64,000 bases of DNA from Botryllus schlosseri. Its lineage: Eukaryota. The position numbers were made by a program, and so were the translations under genes. Each line of letters begins with the position of its first letter. Position 1 is the stretch's first letter. Shown here in pieces: positions 58,000-64,000 of this stretch. The stretch is from positions 7,814,001 to 7,878,000 of the forward strand of contig CM119372.1 in assembly GCA_051294905.1 (NCBI GenBank). Direction: 5' to 3'. Below the pieces are notes generated by a model that saw nothing but the letters and a program-made list of their open reading frames with translations, was not told where the DNA came from and made no database searches.

Positions 58000-59459
58000 C
58001 TAGGCCATGTGCTGGGTGTCTGATTTCGAAGACTACTCCAAGTCGTTTCGACACATTCCTATCTTTCAGTGTATCGAAGTCTTTGTGGTGTTTTGATATG
58101 ATGAAATTGAATTGAATTATTGAAAATTGTTCCCTCGAAAATTTACTAATCGTCCCCAAAATATTATTTTATGTCGCAGAGTCCGTTCTGTCACGTCTTA
58201 CATATTTTAAAATCTATACTTGCCCACATTTTGCCCCAACAGTTGCGCTCTTCCGAGTGGCAAATACTCGAAACTACTTTAAAAAAAATTAATTGTCCCT
58301 ATAATTTGGTATACCGCCCATACCTTCTAGTCAGTGACGCACCTGGCCTTACAGGCGAAAAGCGTCATTCTTTCTTCACTAATAATCTTGATAATAGCTT
58401 GCCTATTTTCATGTATCTTTATGTATTCCTCATTTGTTTTCATGTTTAGTGCTATGTATTATGAATATCTGTTTCTCCAGCATGTTGTGGTTTGATGATT
58501 GACTTCGGGAGTCACTCCGCTTCTTAATATGTCTTCGCCGTATCGCTATTGGCAACAATGTGGGGTAAACAATTGGGTCATTCATTGATCGAGGTATCTT
58601 ATAGTTACATTATACACCCGTGACATACCCTACAATACTTCACAGATGTGTATTGCACTACTGCAGTACTAGCATTACCTCACGTTTGTAATGACTATAT
58701 ATTTCAATACATACTATACATTTCTGTAGTTCGTAAGCAATATGGGATCACCCGAGCGTGATGTCTTCTATGTAATTAAATTATTGAGTCACTGTTGCAG
58801 TGATTCGCTATCATCTGACTAGCAGCATCGAGAAATTTTCTTTTCTTCTCTCATTAATATCACGCGACGTATGGGACAGATGAGATTGCGCAACACTGCG
58901 CACGGGGCGCTGAGAAATATCCTTGTCTTGTCGGATAATTTTGTAGTGGAATAATAAATCGTTTACGTTTGTAAATATAACTGATGCTGCGGGGTATACG
59001 CGGATGTCCACGAACAGTCGCACAGGCTAAGTTTGGTACCGTGCCTCACGAAAAGCATATGATGATATATCCACAATGCATAGAAAGGATTTCATTTATT
59101 GAAAATAATTAGCAGTTTCTGATAAATAAAATAGGACACAGTGTTTCATAAGTTATATACTTGTACAGTGCACAATTGCACATGTACGTAGGCGTAGAAA
59201 AATACCAAGGCAATGAATACTATATATCTTTGACAGCGCTTAATAACTTGTGATAATTGGAATATCTTTCCCTCGGCGATCATGATTTCTTAAGGTCACG
59301 GTTATGTAAAGTTGTATATTCTTAGTGAAATAGTGTATTGTATATTCACACCCATATACCACCCGTGATATAGGGTGTTAATACTAAATATACTATGCTG
59401 TACGTTACGTTAGGATCTGTTCTGTGTACCACCTTTTGGGTGTGAAAACACACTTTTCT

Positions 59460-59882
59460 CTAAGAGTGTAGCCTTATAGGTTTGCGAACACATCGACAGG
59501 AAATTGGAATTGGGATGGTAATGTTTTGCAACATATCTCTCCGTCGAACAACGAACTTGACCGTATTTAGCACTTCTCCTTGGGTGTACATTTTCCGCAA
59601 TTTTCTCTTCGACCCGGCGCCTTTCTTGATGGGATCTTTACAACGCTTGCTGCACTTTGCAAACGTGAATGACGCTCGATCCACATTCGCTGGACATTTC
59701 ACGGTTATGATCTTGAAAGGTGCGAAACCCTCTTTATCGATCACGCTCATTCTTTTCTTTTCTCTGCAGCCCACCCTATACCCATCGCGAAAGTCTCTTT
59801 TCAAGTTGAACGTCTCAGCTGTAAAAATTAAACTGAAAATCAGCACATTGATCCGGAATAGCAGTTCCAGTAGTTTCTTCAT
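59460..59882 (-). CDS. Basic cysteine-containing protein, possible divergent cystine-knot ligand; 5' structure uncertain
   Basis: Open frame with GCREKK..KEGFAPFKIITVKC..CSKRC..NITIPIPISCRC. A strong acceptor (tttttacag at ~59820) suggests this is a terminal exon. Confidence 0.5.
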   Translation of the reverse strand: MKKLLELLFRINVLIFSLIFTAETFNLKRDFRDGYRVGCREKKRMSVIDKEGFAPFKIITVKCPANVDRASFTFAKCSKRCKDPIKKGAGSKRKLRKMYTQGEVLNTVKFVVRRRDMLQNITIPIPISCRCVRKPIRLHS

Positions 59883-60735
59883 CGCGGGGTAGGCCGATAT
59901 AATTTTTACTTTCAGGCACTGACATCTATTCATCTATATCTTGCGTTGTTGAATTCTGCTACTCGTATATATACATATAATATGTGAATTTAAGGTAACT
60001 TACCTCGTATTGAGATCATGGTAGGCGAACGTTCATATCAGACCTGGTATATACGAGTCTAATGTTGGAATGAAATCGTCGAATTCCCCACAATCGCATC
60101 TCTTTAATTTGTTTGCATTGCTTTCCTTGTCTATGTGTACACAATACATGGATTGCGTCATTTGCTGTATATTTATACAGTTGGCCTACTCATAACGATA
60201 CCTCGCATGTTCTCAATTTTTCCGCGATTCGTTGAAACCACTATACTGGCATGATTGCGCATTGCACCCTATCGATCCACACCCTTCCTAAATTCCTTAT
60301 ATACATTCACTCCTCCCTTATGCGTACCCCTGTTTCTCAGAAAAAAATGCGAATACATTATGGAAACCTGTCACTCAATCATATACTATACTGCAACAAC
60401 GACGCACAACATGCACAAATGCTTATGCACATTGCACAATGCTAATGAGTCAGGGATCAATGTCGTGAGTTGTATATTTTATAGTGATGGTGCAGATATA
60501 TATAATTTATTTAAGCTGAATAAAATATAGTCTCAAAATAAGAGCCAACGCCCATATTCCAATCTCGCAAAACTTCGTTTCTATGATCTGCCGTATGCAG
60601 CGATGCGCACACGGACTATGAAAAATAGACATAAATTGGATTGACGGAATGAACATGAGCATTGGAATGAATATGAAAATTGGATTGACGGAATGAATAT
60701 AAGTATTGAGCAAGGCAAATGTACACATTCCTTTT

Positions 60736-61714
60736 CTACAATATACGAGTAGACAAAATGGTGGTGCAAGTGAACGCGAGTACTAGCACGTTTGTGCCTG
60801 GGATTGTTGTGAACCCGCCGTTGATTCCGAGCGTATCCAGAAGAAGCGACCCTGGGAATTAGACAATATTCTTTACAAAACAACTGACAAGAAGTACATT
60901 GGTACCAGGCCGGCAAATAACTATAGACATCATATTTTGGACAGGTACCATGATATACTCTATAATCCAGGAATCGCCGGAATCGCCGATTGCGTTGTAT
61001 TTGTACATCGCACATAAGAAATCCGATTTGCAATATACATATTACAACATAGATATACGAAACAATCAATCAAATACTTGCTGCATGTATGCAATACTTT
61101 ATATTATACATTAGATGTAAGTACCTGCGGTAATTGGCCCTGTTCCACTGAAGAATACTGGCCCGACGAAATTGCAAACATCTGAACGTAGAACGTGTCG
61201 AAGTTTACTCTTTGGTATCAGGGATATCCCTGTGTGGTACGGATATGATATCTTGAATCATCACCTGTATCGCACGTTTTCACAAAATCAACTTCGCCGG
61301 ACGATGCCGTGTTCACTGTTCGTCGAGATGTTGCGCAGCCACGTACCAGAGTCGTTACATTGTTGGATCCAAACATTTCTGAAGGCTCTTATTCATTCAC
61401 GAAAGCTGCACCGACAGCATAATTTATTAGACCAACCTGTCGCTTGGATGACCGTTGCGCAGAAACTTTGGCTCGACATGCAATCCACTATCATGTCGTC
61501 CGTGAGGCCATTCCGGAAGCAAGTGGATGTACCATCCAAGGGAGCTGTACAATTGTAACACCGTATAGCAGTACCTGAGAAGTAACAAATCGCGTTATAT
61601 ACAGGGGATAACATGTAGGCCTGTTTTCAATGCTTTATCAGTTTACTTACACGATTCAAGCATAGATATGATACCTAAAACCAGGAAGAGGTTTACAATA
61701 TGTCTTCGTGCCAT
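60736..61714 (-). CDS. Ly6/uPAR three-finger protein, probably GPI-anchored
   Basis: Exons: ~61651-61714 signal MARRHIVNLFLVLGIISMLESC; ~61437-61574 AIRCYNC..TC..DC..FC; ~61265-61378 LVRGC..TCDT; ~61125-61181 DVCN; 60736-60851 hydrophobic tail PGTNVLVLAFTCTTILSTRIL*. A possible non-coding upstream exon ends near 63418. Confidence 0.75.
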
Positions 61715-62198
61715 CCTACAACTTTGGCCGCGGGAGTAGATGCGCATTAAATGAGCCAAGTACTGCTAACAGGAGCACGGTTGCTGTACGAAGTGATATA
61801 AATACAGCGTAGTTAGGTCATAAAGCTGTTTCATCAATTGGCGTAGCATCTGAATACATCACTTGAGATTGAGTTGACCATAACATATTTACTCACCTTC
61901 CAGCGCATTACGAAAATTTTATTCTGCTTTCATATCTTGGCACTCGAAAATTATTAAGGGGTTTATCCTATAAACCAAGTCTAATACTGGGTGTGCCCAT
62001 CGTTTCTTTAGCAAATATCGTGATGGTTGAGGACCTAATACGCCTGGGTTGTTCAGAATTAGCCTAATTTCAAAAATTCGTGGTTTTCAGTGCGCTTCCC
62101 ATGCCTTATACCTATATGATTCTATAGCTACTTTTTATAGTATCTGATCCCTTGCATATGTGTGCACTGTGCAGTGTGCATGTGCACTGTGCATGATG

Positions 62199-63052
62199 CA
62201 GTGTTGGGATCAAGTCACTACCTTCGAGTCACGAGTCATTTCGAGTCATTGCATATGTTGACTCGGGTCAAGTCAAGTCAATCGATTTTCGAAGGTGACT
62301 CGAGTCAAGTCAAGTCATTTGATTTTTGAAGGTGACTCAAGTCAAGTCGAGTCATGTCAAGTCAAGGCCAAGGTCAAGGTCAAATCACAATTCAAGTCAA
62401 GTTGTCTTTTCGAAGTATGAGGCAAGAGGGCGCTGTATCGCTCACATATACGTAGAACTTCTGTTACACTACACGGAAGTAATTGCATAACCTCAGTTTA
62501 TAGTTATCAGCCAAAATAGAGAAACGAATTGGTAAGATGCAATACATTATCCATTTACATATTGATATGATAAAATTCGAGCCTGCGCCAATGGTTGAGG
62601 AGTATATAAACTATATTCGAATTCAATTTCAATAAAACAAGAGGTTTCGCCAAGGTATAAGAACAGAAAACAGAAATGAGTATTATGCTATTAAATTACT
62701 TCACTGGCAGTTTACGACAACGTAAGCTGTAAGCTTCAATCACTACGTTTGTGGTCGTTTTATTTATGTGAGAACAATGGAGGCTCGGTAAAACACACGA
62801 TCATTGAATCATTGGTCGCTTTCACGGGTTACACCAGCATTTCGCGAACAATCCGAACATATGGAAGAAACAGTGAATTTTATCAACACCGATTACTTGA
62901 TGACTTGAAATTGACTCGTGAATTTTGCTCCGAGTCACGAGTCAATCCACATTTCTGATGCGCCGAGTCAAGTCAAGTCAAGTCATTTTAGCAAAGTGAC
63001 TCGAGTCAAGTCAAGTCATACAAAAATGGTGACTCGAGTCATCCCAACACTG
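62199..63052. mobile_element. (agtca)n-family MITE, copy 2
   Basis: TIR cagtgttgggat / atcccaacactg; perfect TSD gcatgatg. Confidence 0.88.
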
Positions 63053-63809
63053 GCATGATGACCTGGAAGAATAGCGGCTGAAAATGGGGGATTCCCCTAT
63101 AATTTGCGTGCCGCGATTTTACCTAACCTGGCAAATGCAATAAATACCAGGGCTTATGTAGCTGTTATGGTTTGTGGGTGACACAAAACTTCAACATAGA
63201 TATTATTTTGAGTTCAGCACACCATTTTCATATTGCATACTGCCTTAGAAATCTTCAAACCTATCTGAGACTGAGCATCATTTTGTGCGATTCACCAAGT
63301 TATAGAATATAACTGTAAATGTACCATCGCCTCGCATAGCGAGATTATAAACGTCTAATTATGTAATGAAACGTAACAAGATACCGAGGAAATGGACAAC
63401 GAAATGAAAGAACTTACCAAACTGAATTTATTTGTCAAAAATGCAACACCAATCGGTAGGATGAATGGGTTGATTTATCGAAATTTTGAAATCCTTGCGA
63501 GTGATCTTTCACTATGCTTGTAAGAGACTTGTTTGCTGTATTTGTCGTCAGCTGGTATGTTCATAGCGTGGTCGGCATTTAATTATATCATATGCGCTCC
63601 TGTTTCGTCAACTACTTGACCATTATTCGCGAATGGAGGAGCACTCATGAAACGCGAATCACTATATGGCATTCTGACACTGGGAGACTCAACCTAGTGG
63701 TGTCCCACGGCTATAGCCTGAATATGAACCACGATTTCGTCCTAATCAAACGAACAATCAACAGCGTGAAAAAGGGCTCCGTCGTTGAATAGGTTTACAG
63801 GTGCTTTCA

Positions 63810-64000
63810 GGGTAGAAGTAGAAGTAGAATTAGCTAGCTTTAAATCTACTCAAGTAAGTAGTTGCGAAAAGAAATTATAAATAGTAACGCACTCATGGAT
63901 GGTCAAAAACTGGAAATCGAGCTATGCGGAAGGTGCAGAGAGCTGGCTGCGTGCTATTACACCCTATAGGAGGTATCAATTTTGCTATGGAACAGCGATT
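63810..64000. mobile_element. Partial inverted copy of the agtag/ctact family (13794-15075)
   Basis: taaatctactcaagtaagtagtt and gagctatgcggaaggtgcagagagct match the reverse complement of ~14830-14935. Confidence 0.7.

Noticed and set aside
60581..61069. 162-aa Cys/Tyr-rich ORF with hydrophobic start
   Set aside because: Overlaps introns, the terminal exon and 3' UTR repeats of the Ly6 model in another frame; probably spurious, though not formally excluded.

Overview
Eukaryotic, AT-rich, intron-containing animal DNA. Gene content and intron style suggest an invertebrate chordate, probably an ascidian (inference). Supported genes: an intronless APMAP/strictosidine-synthase-like gene; two tandem minus-strand genes sharing the layout signal peptide-TSP1-kringle-trypsin domain, one catalytically intact and one a pseudoprotease (His->Ser, Ser->Glu); a closely linked, intronless SMIM15-EXOSC8 pair resembling a trans-spliced operon; a six-exon DMRTA-type gene; a Ly6/uPAR three-finger gene; and a basic cystine-knot-like ORF. 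The rest is rich in non-autonomous DNA transposons with 8-bp TSDs (hAT-like, often nested), a decayed LINE with dispersed 3' tails, tRNA-derived SINEs and a Kolobok-like remnant with a P2X7-ballast/KolX-like ORF. Most notable: a ~510-nt near-perfect hairpin apparently built from a decayed secreted-peptide gene, the protease/pseudoprotease pair, a 34-bp TIR-only element, and repeated MITE insertion at one site of the LINE tail. All exon models and family assignments were read by eye with no database searches; boundaries may be off by a few bases.
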